A stretch of 34,322 bases of DNA. Source: Campylobacterota bacterium (GTDB lineage Bacteria > Campylobacterota > Campylobacteria > Campylobacterales > Arcobacteraceae). Both the position numbers and the translations under genes were made by a program. The DNA lies in assembly GCA_051746405.1 (NCBI GenBank), contig JBNJFB010000021.1:1-34322 (forward strand), in the 5' to 3' direction. The notes below the pieces were generated by a model. The model did not search any database, had not been told where the DNA came from, and was given only the letters and a program-made list of their open reading frames with translations. Shown here one piece after another: positions 15,968 to 26,983 of this stretch. Every line of letters starts with the position of its first letter. Within the stretch, counting starts at the first letter, position 1.

Positions 15968-17329
15968 TTAGTCAGAAGATTTTGATTGTTGTATCATCAT
16001 TTGTAAACCTGAAAATGATGATTCAAACTGCGTAATAAGGCTAGTATAAGAAGCAAACTGATTTGCTAACTGCTGATACTTATCATCAAGCTTTTTTACA
16101 GCCTCTTCTTTCTCTTCTTTTAGCCCCTCTTCTCTTGTATCAATACCATTTTCATAGTTTTTGATAACTCCACCTGTAAAGCTCATATCATCAATTGTAG
16201 ATTTTAGTTTAGTACCAAGTCCTTCAGAGTCAGCTGTTCCTATAAATAACTCTCTTAACTCATCTGGCTTATTTGCAACTGCTTCACTAAACTTAGCACT
16301 ATCAAGTGATAGTTTTCCCTCTTTATCTAATTCAAATCCATAGTTAAATATAGATTTATCTCCAGCTGCTCCATACTGTCCTAATACATCATCTTTTAAT
16401 TGGCTCATTATATTTCTTAAAGATGATTTATCACCTATTGGTGTATCTGCATTACCTAACTCTTCACCAATTTTATCAACAGCAGCATTGTATTTATCTA
16501 TAAACTCTTGAATTTGTGGCTGAATAAGTGAACTATCATCATTAATATTAATTGTAGAAGTCCCTATACTATTAGCTGTTATACTAAGTCCATCAACCTC
16601 TAAAGTATTTGATGAAACTGTGTAATCTACTCCATCAACTTTAGCTGTCATATCTTGAGCTGTTAAGGTTTGATTTGCTGCATTTACTGTTGTGCCATCT
16701 ATTGTATATCCCAAAGCTTGACTTGCAGTTCCTGATATATTAAGAGCATTTTCAAGACCTTGACTCTCACTTTTTAAAACTAACCTATATGAATCAGTTC
16801 CAACTTGGTCCATTGATGCAGTAACTCCTGCTTTGTTGTTTATAGCAGTTGCTAACTCATCATATGTTGCATAGTTTGCAGTATCAAAACTAAAACTATC
16901 TGCACCAACATCAATATTTAAAGTTCCAATATCACCCAATGAGTCTTTTGAAGCTTCATTTACTGCATTTGATTGATATGCATCTTTTTGAGCTAGGGTT
17001 TGAATATCAACTGTTGTAACACCATTATTTAATTTTGATACATCAACAGCATCAAATGTTGCAGAGGTACCTGAAGTATTTGCAACCTTTTCATCAAATA
17101 CAGTTGTTCCTCCACTTACAAACAGATCAAGAGGTTTAACAGCACCTAATAGCTCATTAACAGTAGTATCAATTTCAGAGAATATTTCTCTTTCACTTGT
17201 AATATCTTCTAATCTTTTTTCTAGTGGCTCAACTTGCGCTTTTCTCTCTGCACCTTTTAATTTATTAATTAACTCTTGATTTAAACTAGTTGATTGTCCT
17301 GTACCTAGTCCTAAAATTCCTTCAGCCAT
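15968..17329 (-). CDS. fliD: Flagellar filament cap protein
   Basis: LG.G...LNQELINKL..AE N-terminus, AQD...VDG, GKLSLDSAKF, C-terminal coiled coil ending YQQLANQF. Confidence 0.9.
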   Translation of the reverse strand: MAEGILGLGTGQSTSLNQELINKLKGAERKAQVEPLEKRLEDITSEREIFSEIDTTVNELLGAVKPLDLFVSGGTTVFDEKVANTSGTSATFDAVDVSKLNNGVTTVDIQTLAQKDAYQSNAVNEASKDSLGDIGTLNIDVGADSFSFDTANYATYDELATAINNKAGVTASMDQVGTDSYRLVLKSESQGLENALNISGTASQALGYTIDGTTVNAANQTLTAQDMTAKVDGVDYTVSSNTLEVDGLSITANSIGTSTININDDSSLIQPQIQEFIDKYNAAVDKIGEELGNADTPIGDKSSLRNIMSQLKDDVLGQYGAAGDKSIFNYGFELDKEGKLSLDSAKFSEAVANKPDELRELFIGTADSEGLGTKLKSTIDDMSFTGGVIKNYENGIDTREEGLKEEKEEAVKKLDDKYQQLANQFASYTSLITQFESSFSGLQMMIQQSKSSD

Positions 17330-17342
17330 AATTTACTCCTTG

Positions 17343-19211
17343 CTACCTTTTAAGGCCTAAAAGTGTTTGTAACATCTCATCAATTGCTGTTACTATCTTT
17401 GCATTTGCTGTATATGCAGATTGGAACTTAATTAAGTTCATCATCTCCTCATCTTTATCCACTTTTGTTACTTCATTATAAGAAGACTCTAAAGCCATCT
17501 TAATATCTTTTTGTGTGTCAAGTATAAAATCACTACTCTCTTTATCTTCAGATACTATAGCCCTAATCTCTTGAAAGTACTCTGAAAATGACGTTCTGTC
17601 ATTATCATTTGGATCTTGAGCACCTTGCTTAAATGATAAGTCTTTTTTCCACTGTAACTCAGCTAAATAGTCCAAATCTTTTTGATCTAAATCATTAATA
17701 GCTGATTCATTAAACTTTAGTGTATTTACACTTGTACCTGAAAATAGACCTAATTTTTCAACAGTACCACCAGCACTTTCATCAATTGCTTTTTCTCCAA
17801 AAGTATAATCATCAACTCCTGTTCTTATATACTTATCAGTTACATCAGTTAAAGTACTTACAAACTGATCTAGTTTGTCTTTATAAACTTGAAGTTTATT
17901 ATTTGGTGAGTCTGAGCTTAAATTATCTGTTTGTACTTTTAATACACCTGAATTTAAATCAACTTCTTGCTCATAAATTGAGATAGAAACTTTACTTGCT
18001 GCATCATTACTTTGCTGTTCATTTTTATAAAAACCATTTCTTGTCTCAACTCCACCAATATTTTCTGTAACCGTTATTCTTCCCTCAAATTTTCCATTTT
18101 CACCTGGACTATCTGACTCAACTAATAAAAAAGCATCACTTCCATCATTTATACTATCTGATTTAGTACCATTACTTTGAACTTGATAGTTTCCATTATA
18201 TGCTGTAATTGTACTTTTTGTTTCTGGGTTATCATTTATTGCATATTTTAAAGCTCGAACATAGTTTGATGAGTTAATAGTATCAGCTGTACCATCACCA
18301 TCTATATCAATATCATGGCTATTCCCATTTGAGTCTATATACTGATCACTACCAATTTCTACTGTAACCTCTTGCGTATTATTTAACTTAAAGGTTATTT
18401 TATCACCTGAGTTTATACCATCTGCAAAGCCAATATTTGAGTTTTTACCAGTTGCATCTACAAATCTATCTGTTTGAGGGGTATGTTCTTCATTTACATT
18501 TATATCTCTAATATTTGTATTATATCTAACAGCTGTTTGCCCTGCTATTTCAAGTGAATACTCATCAGGAGTTCTATCAACTTTTATATCAAAATATTGA
18601 GATAAATCCTCTTCAAGTTTATCTCTTCTATCAAGTAAATCATTTGTAGCTTCCCTTTGCCCACCTAGTTTTTCATTGATTTGTCCAATTTCATTTAAAA
18701 TATCATTTACTTCTTCAACATTTGATTTAAGTTCAAGCTTCTCTTTTTTTTGAACCTCTTCAATTCCATCATAAAGATTTTGAATTGAGTTTACTAAAAG
18801 CCTACCCTCATTTTCTAAATTATTTTTATAAACCTCTGAGTTTGGATTTGCTCTCAAATTCTCAACAGATTGAAAATATCTATTTAAGTCTTTTGAAAAA
18901 CCACTATTATCAGTCTCTCTAAATGTTGTTTCTACAGAGTTTAATATACTTGAAAGCTTTGTAAAACTCTGCTCCCTTGTACCCTCATCTATAATTCTAT
19001 TTAGCATATACTCATTTGTTACTCTATATGCATCACTAGCTCCAACACCTCTACCTGTAAATCTTGTATCGGTTTGTTCTAGCTCTTTTAAGTCAACTAC
19101 TCTTTTTTTATAACCAGGAGTATTCTCATTAGCTATATTATTTGATACATTTTCAACTGCTCTTTTTGCAGAGCTTAATCCTGTATGTGAAACATTTAAT
19201 GTATTTAGCAT
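17343..19211 (-). CDS. flgK: Flagellar hook-associated protein 1
   Basis: SNNIANENTPGY, NDLLDRRD and VDKDEEMMNLIKFQSAYTANAK motifs. Confidence 0.93.
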   Translation of the reverse strand: MLNTLNVSHTGLSSAKRAVENVSNNIANENTPGYKKRVVDLKELEQTDTRFTGRGVGASDAYRVTNEYMLNRIIDEGTREQSFTKLSSILNSVETTFRETDNSGFSKDLNRYFQSVENLRANPNSEVYKNNLENEGRLLVNSIQNLYDGIEEVQKKEKLELKSNVEEVNDILNEIGQINEKLGGQREATNDLLDRRDKLEEDLSQYFDIKVDRTPDEYSLEIAGQTAVRYNTNIRDINVNEEHTPQTDRFVDATGKNSNIGFADGINSGDKITFKLNNTQEVTVEIGSDQYIDSNGNSHDIDIDGDGTADTINSSNYVRALKYAINDNPETKSTITAYNGNYQVQSNGTKSDSINDGSDAFLLVESDSPGENGKFEGRITVTENIGGVETRNGFYKNEQQSNDAASKVSISIYEQEVDLNSGVLKVQTDNLSSDSPNNKLQVYKDKLDQFVSTLTDVTDKYIRTGVDDYTFGEKAIDESAGGTVEKLGLFSGTSVNTLKFNESAINDLDQKDLDYLAELQWKKDLSFKQGAQDPNDNDRTSFSEYFQEIRAIVSEDKESSDFILDTQKDIKMALESSYNEVTKVDKDEEMMNLIKFQSAYTANAKIVTAIDEMLQTLLGLKR

Positions 19212-19266
19212 TTGAGACTCCTTTTTAATATACTCACATTATTACATTACATTTCTTAATTTTAGA

Positions 19267-19977
19267 TTAAAATGGCCAAATAGCTCTTATAACTTTTAAT
19301 CCCCAAGGTGTCTCCATAATCTCAGCATCCTCACCATCTTTATCATATAATAGTTTTAAATTAGCTATTTTAGATGATGAAATAGAGTTATCCGAACCAA
19401 TATCATAGGGTCTAATAACCCCTGTAAGAATTACAGTCTGTTTTTGACCATTTATTAATATCTCTTTTGTACCTCTGATTAGATAGTTTCCATTTTGATA
19501 TGTTTCATTAATAATTGCAGAAACTGTAGTTGAGAAATCTTCACTTAACTCTGTTTTATTTTCACCTGAATCTGAAACTGAGCTATTAGTTCCAAAATCA
19601 ACACCTAAACTACTATTAAATTTATCTGCCATACCTGAAGCTGTTCCACCAAGGGCATTACCATTTGTTCCAGCTAGCAATCCACCACCTAGATTATTAC
19701 TTCTATCACTTGATAACTCCCTAGAGTTTTCAGAGTTTGAGCTTAAAGACTCACTAATATTTATTTGAATAATATCTCCAATTTGCAAATCTTTTTTATC
19801 TGCAAATAGTGAACTTCCCTCCATTGAATAAAGAGAGCCTTTATTTGTCCTTGGCTTTGGTTGCTGCTTTGGCACTTGAGTTGCTGGCTGTTTAAACTCA
19901 ATTTTTGGTTCATCTTTTGCACATGATGAAAAAATAAAAGGGATTATACAACAAAATAGTATTGACTTTCTAACCAT
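19267..19977 (-). CDS. flgH: Flagellar L-ring lipoprotein
   Basis: Lipobox FSSC; LFADKK..IGDII, NGNYLIRG and GVIRPYDI motifs. Confidence 0.93.
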   Translation of the reverse strand: MVRKSILFCCIIPFIFSSCAKDEPKIEFKQPATQVPKQQPKPRTNKGSLYSMEGSSLFADKKDLQIGDIIQINISESLSSNSENSRELSSDRSNNLGGGLLAGTNGNALGGTASGMADKFNSSLGVDFGTNSSVSDSGENKTELSEDFSTTVSAIINETYQNGNYLIRGTKEILINGQKQTVILTGVIRPYDIGSDNSISSSKIANLKLLYDKDGEDAEIMETPWGLKVIRAIWPF

Positions 19978-20395
19978 TTAACTTACTCTCCAAAACATAT
20001 TTTATATCAACAGCAATAATTATTTCATTTAGAGTTTTTTTTGTAAGAGCCATTGTTCCATATCTTACCATCAAAGGTTCAATATTTGTTTCTAATTCAC
20101 AAATTAAAATCAATTTATTTTCGATAATTTTCACATGCCTTACATTTTCTTGACCTACTAAAGCAACAGCTTTTTTAATCTCACTCATTATGGCTTTTTG
20201 GGTTTCATCTTTTTGGGTTTCTAACTCTTTTTGTTTAGCTAAAGCTGCTTGTTTCTCTTCTAGCTGCTGCTTTTGTTGCTTATCAAACTCATTACTCATA
20301 TGCCAATAATACCCACCAAACATAGCAAGAACTGCTAATAGTGAGATAAGTTTTATAAGTTTTTGTTTTCTACCTCTTTTTACAGCAACTATCAT
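19970..20395 (-). CDS. Hypothetical single-TM periplasmic protein in the flagellar operon
   Basis: N-terminal TM, coiled coil and small globular domain; overlaps the flgH start. Confidence 0.7.
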   Translation of the reverse strand: MIVAVKRGRKQKLIKLISLLAVLAMFGGYYWHMSNEFDKQQKQQLEEKQAALAKQKELETQKDETQKAIMSEIKKAVALVGQENVRHVKIIENKLILICELETNIEPLMVRYGTMALTKKTLNEIIIAVDIKYVLESKLNG

Positions 20396-20408
20396 TATAA
20401 ACTCTTTA

Positions 20409-20948
20409 CTATTTTATCACAAACGTTGTGAATAATATCTGCTTAATATTATTTCTTTTAATATCATCATCTGATGCAGTAACTTTATTTAAAACCCTAT
20501 TTAAATCATCTATTAACTCTTCTTTTAACAAAGCTTTACCCCCAACAGTTAGTAGCTCTTCTGAACTTCTTGCACTTATTTGAGTAATTACAACATCAAT
20601 AATCTCTGCTTTGTAAGTCTCTATAATACCTGCAATATCAGGTTGTACACTTTTTATTGCAAAAGAGAGTTTCATTAGTTTTTCTCTACCTTTGGCATTT
20701 GTGATATTTAGAACTAAATCATTGATTTCAGCTTTATAAGTCTCTTTTTCATCACCTGCTTCTTGTTTATTTGAAACCTCTTCTTGATTTTGATTTTGGT
20801 TTTGAGGTGAAAATACACCTTGTGAGTATAAGAAATAAGCTCCACCCGCTACTGCTAATAGTAAAATTACTACTAATGCAATAAGTACGATTATTAAGCC
20901 CTTTCCTCCACCTGCTTTACTCTCTTGTTGTTCATTTTCTTCTGCCAT
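20409..20948 (-). CDS. fliL: Flagellar basal body-associated protein FliL
   Basis: N-terminal TM; LVLNI, GGKALLKEEL and ILFTTFVI motifs. Confidence 0.92.
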   Translation of the reverse strand: MAEENEQQESKAGGGKGLIIVLIALVVILLLAVAGGAYFLYSQGVFSPQNQNQNQEEVSNKQEAGDEKETYKAEINDLVLNITNAKGREKLMKLSFAIKSVQPDIAGIIETYKAEIIDVVITQISARSSEELLTVGGKALLKEELIDDLNRVLNKVTASDDDIKRNNIKQILFTTFVIK

Positions 20949-21451
20949 TATTCTCCCTTTTCTTCATTCACATCATAATTTTCAAACATTTGTGTTAGTT
21001 TAGCTGCATTTTGTACACTTAAGTATCTCATCATTTGTGTAATGTTTTTCTCTTTTAATCTTACAATTATATCAAAAACATCTTCAATTTCTCCCTGAGC
21101 CATCATTTGATTAAAAATTGCAGCTGCTGTTTTTGCTTTCATTTTATTATAAATTACAGTTATTTTATTCTCAACAGATTTATTTATATCTTCTAATATC
21201 TGAGCATTTTCATCTTTTATTGATTCTATTTGTGCTTTATTTGACTCTATTTTTTTTAAGATATCCTCAAGCTCTTTTTTTCTTTCTTGATACTCTTTCT
21301 CTTTTTGATTATAAAAAGTATTTAACTCTTTTTTTAACTCTTGTATCTCTAACTTTTGTTTTGTTAAGTAGCTACTATCTTCTTTTGCTGCATTTGCATA
21401 GTAAGTGATGTTTAATAAAATGATTGTACCTAATAGTAATTTTTTCAACAA
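20948..21451 (-). CDS. MotE/FlgY-like periplasmic flagellar protein
   Basis: Signal peptide, coiled coil, IYNKMKAKTAAAIFNQM motif; adjacent to the fliJ-like gene. Confidence 0.7.
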   Translation of the reverse strand: MLKKLLLGTIILLNITYYANAAKEDSSYLTKQKLEIQELKKELNTFYNQKEKEYQERKKELEDILKKIESNKAQIESIKDENAQILEDINKSVENKITVIYNKMKAKTAAAIFNQMMAQGEIEDVFDIIVRLKEKNITQMMRYLSVQNAAKLTQMFENYDVNEEKGE

Positions 21452-21463
21452 TCTTCCTTAAAT

Positions 21464-21868
21464 CTATTTTGTGACATATTTACTTTGAATAAACTCATCA
21501 GCTGCCTCTTGTTCTGCTTTTAAAACTCTTTGAATTTTTTCTTGTTTCTCTTCTTCTAAAAGATACAAAAACTGCTCTGTTTCCTTATGAAGCTCTACTA
21601 ACTCTTCATTTATTTCATCTACTTGCTTATCTATCTCTTCTTTTTGTTTTTCTAATTTTGATATATGTTCTCTCATAGTATTTTTGTGCATCTCTAAAAC
21701 TGCAAAATCAGATACTGAACCAAATCTTTGAAGAGTTGCTGTATCAATCTTATTTTGTGTAAACATTATTTCAGAGTTTAACTTCTCTTGCTTTGCAAGA
21801 AACTGTGCTTTTTGCAAAAACTTTTGATCTGTTTGTGTTTTTTTTAAATTATATAATCTCTCAATCAT
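21464..21868 (-). CDS. fliJ: Flagellar export protein FliJ-like
   Basis: 134-aa coiled coil ending EQEAADE; flagellar context. Confidence 0.65.
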   Translation of the reverse strand: MIERLYNLKKTQTDQKFLQKAQFLAKQEKLNSEIMFTQNKIDTATLQRFGSVSDFAVLEMHKNTMREHISKLEKQKEEIDKQVDEINEELVELHKETEQFLYLLEEEKQEKIQRVLKAEQEAADEFIQSKYVTK

Positions 21869-22131
21869 TTATTATCTCCAAAAACCAACATCAAATCCCA
21901 TAGGTTTGTTGTATAAGTGACAATATTATCACCAATCCAAGGAAGGGTTATCAAAATGAAAAGCGATACTAAAATCATTTTAGGAACAAATGATAATGAA
22001 GCATCATTTACTTGCGTAACTGCTTGAAATACTGAAATAATAAGCCCCACAACCATACTAACAACAAGTGAGGGCATTGCTATTATCAAAATAATCTTTA
22101 CAGTATTTTCTGCAATTAGCATCAAATCCAT
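21865..22131 (-). CDS. fliQ: Flagellar biosynthesis protein FliQ
   Basis: VGLIISVFQAVTQVND.SLSFVPK motif. Confidence 0.95.
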   Translation of the reverse strand: MDLMLIAENTVKIILIIAMPSLVVSMVVGLIISVFQAVTQVNDASLSFVPKMILVSLFILITLPWIGDNIVTYTTNLWDLMLVFGDNK

Positions 22132-22134
22132 TTT

Positions 22135-23271
22135 TTAATCTTTTATCTTAACTGTAATCTCTAATGTTTTATTATTTAAAAGTTTTGTTAATAGCTGTAC
22201 TATATCTTGTGAATTTGAAGAGTTTATCTCTAAGCTCTCTTTTTTATCACTACTTTTTGATGAAGGTGACTCTTCACTCTTTTCATTTGATATTTTTATT
22301 TCATCTAAACCATCTAATGCACTTAAGATATCTTTCTCATTTAATCCATCTAACTCAGCAAAATCATCAGACATTTTAGCTCCTTTATTATCATCTGTCA
22401 TTGTATCATTTTTTTGTTCATTATCATTAAAAAAATCTTCTTGATTCTCTTCTTCATTCTGTTCATGTTTATTATCTATTGGCTCATCATAATCAGTACT
22501 GCTATCACTATTGTCATAACTGTCTAGTTCATTCATTAAGCTATCTAAATCATCATCTTGTGAATTTTCACTATTTTCTTGATTATCTTCATCATTTATA
22601 ATTGACTTATCATCATAGTCAAACTCACTGTTATTTAGCCCCACATCATCAAAATCTAAAATATCATCTACTTTATCTTCTTGCTTATTATCCACAACTT
22701 CAACGCCTACATCATCATCAGATTTTTCTAATAGTGCTGCTAACTCATCATCAAGTTCAAACCCATCGTCATAATCTTCATCATAATCTCCATCAGGTTC
22801 ATCATCACTGCTAGAGTCTTGATTCTGTTTTTTATCTAGATTTATATCATCATAGTAGTTATTATCTTCATTATATGCATCATCTACTATATCTTCAATG
22901 GAGCTTTGAATATCTTGTTGCGAGTTTGCTTTTTGTTGGTCATGTTTTTCTATTATATACTTTGGAATATCTTTTAATGAATCAACAGATAAATCAGCTA
23001 TTCCATGATCTAGCAAATACTCTTCTTCAATTCCATCTTTTGGGGTTAAAAATTTTAGTTTTTTAGATATGCCATCTTTTTTGATAATTTTATCATCATC
23101 AATTAAATAGATATCATCAGGACTTTGTTTGATTATAGTTTTTAACTCTTCTAAGCTATTAATATCTTTTATGACACTATCACTATCTAATTTAAACTTT
23201 AAATTAGCGTGTTCTAAGGTATCATGTATATCTTTTTTAAAGCTGTTATTTCCATAAATATAAACATTCAA
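22135..23271 (-). CDS. Highly acidic hypothetical protein heading the fliQ operon
   Basis: 378 aa with a D/E/N-rich low-complexity centre and a hydrophobic-patterned C-terminus LLNNKTLEITVKIKD. Confidence 0.8.
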   Translation of the reverse strand: MNVYIYGNNSFKKDIHDTLEHANLKFKLDSDSVIKDINSLEELKTIIKQSPDDIYLIDDDKIIKKDGISKKLKFLTPKDGIEEEYLLDHGIADLSVDSLKDIPKYIIEKHDQQKANSQQDIQSSIEDIVDDAYNEDNNYYDDINLDKKQNQDSSSDDEPDGDYDEDYDDGFELDDELAALLEKSDDDVGVEVVDNKQEDKVDDILDFDDVGLNNSEFDYDDKSIINDEDNQENSENSQDDDLDSLMNELDSYDNSDSSTDYDEPIDNKHEQNEEENQEDFFNDNEQKNDTMTDDNKGAKMSDDFAELDGLNEKDILSALDGLDEIKISNEKSEESPSSKSSDKKESLEINSSNSQDIVQLLTKLLNNKTLEITVKIKD

Positions 23272-23370
23272 ACTAAAACCCTATATCACAAATCAATTTT
23301 GATTTAAATTATACCTTTTTTTATTAAATTTTTGATAAAATAGCTATAAGTTAAATAAGGGGTAACCATT

Positions 23371-24420
23371 TTGAAGTATATTTTTTTAGTATTATTTTTA
23401 TTTTCACAGCTATTTTCGCAAACTATAAAAGATATTTCAAATATTATTGGTATAAGAGATAACCAATTAATAGGCTATGGTTTAGTTGTAGGTTTAGCAG
23501 GAACAGGTGATAAATCTAAGTTTACAATGCAAAGTTTACAAAATTTACTTAGAAACTCTTATATCAAAATTCCAGCAGGTTCAATAAACTCAAAAAATAT
23601 CGCAGCAGTTATGGTAACAGCGAAACTTCCACCTTTTTCAAGACAAGGTGATAAAATAAAAGTCAAAGTTTCAACTATTGGTGATGCAAAATCATTAAAC
23701 CATGGGGAGCTTTTAATAACACAATTAAAAGGTGTTGATGGTAAAGTTTACGCACTAGCTCAAGGAACAATAGTCGCAAATACAGATAATGAAACATCTG
23801 GTTTTATTTATGATGGAGCTACAGTTGAAAATGAAGTTGCTTATGATTTAAGAGATGAAGACTCTATTAGATTAAGCTTACTAAAAAGCTCTGCTAGTGA
23901 TGCTGACTTAGTACAAACTAAGATAAATGATAAGTTTGGTAAAAGATTAGCTTTTGCACTTGATACAAGAACTATTGAAGTAAGAAAACCACCTGAAATC
24001 TCCATAGTAAGATTTATCTCAATGGTTCAGAATATACCACTTGGATCAACTTTTAAGAAAAAAATCATTATTGATATGAATAGAAAAACAGTAATAACAG
24101 GTGGAGATGTGCCTGTTGAGCCTGTAACAGTTGCTAGGGATACATTTACTTTAAGAATAAAAAAATCACCCCTACAAGATGACCAATGGGATGATAATAA
24201 ACTAAATAGGGGTGTTGATGTTGGAGATGGCGTTAAAATTGTTGATAAACCTATTGTTGATATGAATAATGCTAGAATTGACACCAAAAAACAACCTACA
24301 GTTTCAGACTTAGTAAGAGCTATGAGAGTTATGAAGGTTCCTATGGATGAAATTATTGATACTTTAAAAATGGTAAAAGATTTAGGTGCCATAGATGTAG
24401 AATTTGAGATAAGAGGATAG
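23371..24420 (+). CDS. flgI: Flagellar P-ring protein
   Basis: RDNQLIGYGLVVGLAGTGD, KNIAAVMVTA.LPPF and GDAKSL motifs. Confidence 0.95.
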   Translation: MKYIFLVLFLFSQLFSQTIKDISNIIGIRDNQLIGYGLVVGLAGTGDKSKFTMQSLQNLLRNSYIKIPAGSINSKNIAAVMVTAKLPPFSRQGDKIKVKVSTIGDAKSLNHGELLITQLKGVDGKVYALAQGTIVANTDNETSGFIYDGATVENEVAYDLRDEDSIRLSLLKSSASDADLVQTKINDKFGKRLAFALDTRTIEVRKPPEISIVRFISMVQNIPLGSTFKKKIIIDMNRKTVITGGDVPVEPVTVARDTFTLRIKKSPLQDDQWDDNKLNRGVDVGDGVKIVDKPIVDMNNARIDTKKQPTVSDLVRAMRVMKVPMDEIIDTLKMVKDLGAIDVEFEIRG

Positions 24421-24421
24421 T

Positions 24422-25543
24422 ATGGCTGAATTTTTAAGTCAAGATGAGATTGATGCACTTTTAGATATTGCAGAGCAAGGTGAAGACATTGAGGAGACTA
24501 CCCCCACTGACAAGGTAGTCTCTAAAGAGAAAAACTACTCTATTTATGACTTTAAAAAGCCAAATAGAATCTCAAATGAACAGTTTAAAGCATTTTCAAC
24601 AATGCATGATAAAATGCTTAGGGATTTTATTACTGATTTATCTGCGATGCTTAGAAAAATTGTTGATATTAAACTTTACTCTATTGAACAAATGACATAT
24701 GGAGAGTTTATTTTATCAATTCCTCAGATTACCTCTTTAAATACTCTATCAATAAAACCCATGGAAGGAAGAATAGTTTTAGAGTGCAACCCTGGAATTT
24801 CCCATAAAATAATTGCTGAACTTTTAGGTTCAGGTGCTGTTAATACAAATGATAACTTAGATAGGGAATTAACAGAAATTGAAGTGGAAATACTTGATCA
24901 CTTTTATGAAATGGTTCTTAGAAATCTATATAAAACATGGGATGATATCTCAACGTTAAACTTTAAAATAGAATCAAGAGATACAAATGCAAATGCAATT
25001 CAAATTATTTCAGATCATGAGATTGTTTTACTTGTAGTTTTAGAAGTTACTATTGATGAAGAGTCAGGATTTTTATCAATTTGTTACCCTATTTCATATA
25101 TAGAACCACTTCTTGATAAAATTGTAGAAAAAGTATTTACAGAAGGTAAAAATAGAAAATCAAGTAGAAAAAGAGATATTACTACTTTAATATCAGGTGC
25201 AAGAATGAAAATTGAAGCCATTATGGCTGAAACAGAGTTAACAGCTGAAGAGATTATAAATCTTAAAGAAGAGGATATTATAGTATTTAATAAAAATGCC
25301 ACATCTGCTTCAACAAAAGTATATATTAATAAAAAAGAGAAATTCCTAACTGTATCTGGAGTATCAAACAATAGAAAAGCCGTACAGGTTCAAACTAACC
25401 TAGATAAAGAGAAACAAGAAACACTTGACACATTAAGACAAATGAGAGAAGAGAGAATCCTAAAAGCAAAAGAGTCAAGTGAAAATATCAAAAGACTCTT
25501 AAAAGAGAAAGAAGAAGAGAAAGCCAAGGATAGAATTAGATAA
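24422..25543 (+). CDS. fliM: Flagellar motor switch protein FliM
   Basis: LSQDEIDALL, YDFKKPNR and RELTEIE motifs. Confidence 0.95.
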   Translation: MAEFLSQDEIDALLDIAEQGEDIEETTPTDKVVSKEKNYSIYDFKKPNRISNEQFKAFSTMHDKMLRDFITDLSAMLRKIVDIKLYSIEQMTYGEFILSIPQITSLNTLSIKPMEGRIVLECNPGISHKIIAELLGSGAVNTNDNLDRELTEIEVEILDHFYEMVLRNLYKTWDDISTLNFKIESRDTNANAIQIISDHEIVLLVVLEVTIDEESGFLSICYPISYIEPLLDKIVEKVFTEGKNRKSSRKRDITTLISGARMKIEAIMAETELTAEEIINLKEEDIIVFNKNATSASTKVYINKKEKFLTVSGVSNNRKAVQVQTNLDKEKQETLDTLRQMREERILKAKESSENIKRLLKEKEEEKAKDRIR

Positions 25544-25545
25544 AA

Positions 25546-26576
25546 TTATCTAACTTTGTCTATACTCCAAGCTATTTTTTCACCTGCATACATTGGTACT
25601 ACATTTTCATCATATGCTTCATATATAGTTGGTACTTCAAACTCTTCTTTTACTAATCTTATAGTTTTCAAGATTGGTTTTAAGTTATATATCTTTTGTG
25701 CATTTAAAGAAACAAAACTATTTAGGTTATCCATTGCTTGATACTTCTCAAAAAGTTGTGCTAAAACCTGCAGTGCAATAGGCGAGGTAAATACACCTGC
25801 TGCACAACCACAAGACTCTTTTTTATGCTGCGGATGAGGAGCACTATCACTACCAAACATTAGTTTTGGATGAGCTTTTAAAGCAGCTTGAAGTAACGCT
25901 GCTCTATCTTCACCTCTTTTTGCAATTGGCTTACAAAATAGGTGTGGCTGCAACATGCCACCTGCCACATCATCTAACGTGATTAAAAGATGATGTAGCG
26001 TAACTGTTGCATATAAGTTATCATACTTATCAAGAAGTTCAACTGCATCTTTTGTAGTAATATGCTCCATTATGATTTTTAAATTGGGAAAAGCCTTTGC
26101 TATTGATTCGTAAATAGGCATAAACTCTTTTTCCCTATCCATTACAAAACCATTAGTTTCACCATGAACACATAAAGGAATCCCTAGTTTACTCATTGAT
26201 TCTAAAGTAGGTCTTAAAACTTCAACATCCATAGATGATACACCTGTTTGTGAATTAGTAGTAATTCCTGCAGGATATAGTTTAATAGCTATTATTTCAT
26301 CCCTTATATCTTCTAAAAACTCATAAGAGTAATCATCTTTAAAAAATAGTGTCACATATGGTTCAAACTTATCATCACCACAAGCATCAATTATTCTTTT
26401 TTTATAGGATAATAAAGCCTCTTTAGTAGTAATAGGAGGGACTAAGTTTGGCATAATTAAAGCACCACTAAAAGTTTTTGAAGTAAGTGGAGCTACTAAC
26501 TTTAGCATCTGTTCATCACGTAGATGCAGATGCATATCTAAAGGTTCATTTATCTCAAATGAAGTATATAAAGCCA

Positions 26577-26577
<1 letters not shown>
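25546..26577 (-). CDS. pyrC: Dihydroorotase (type II)
   Basis: DMHLHLR, KLYPAGITTNS, FCKPIAK and GSDSAPH motifs. Confidence 0.96.
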
Positions 26578-26915
<338 letters not shown>

Positions 26916-26983
26916 TTATGATCCTTTTTAAAGTTGTCTTATTTTATCAAATTTTTTTTAAATTAAAATTATTTTAAGCTATA

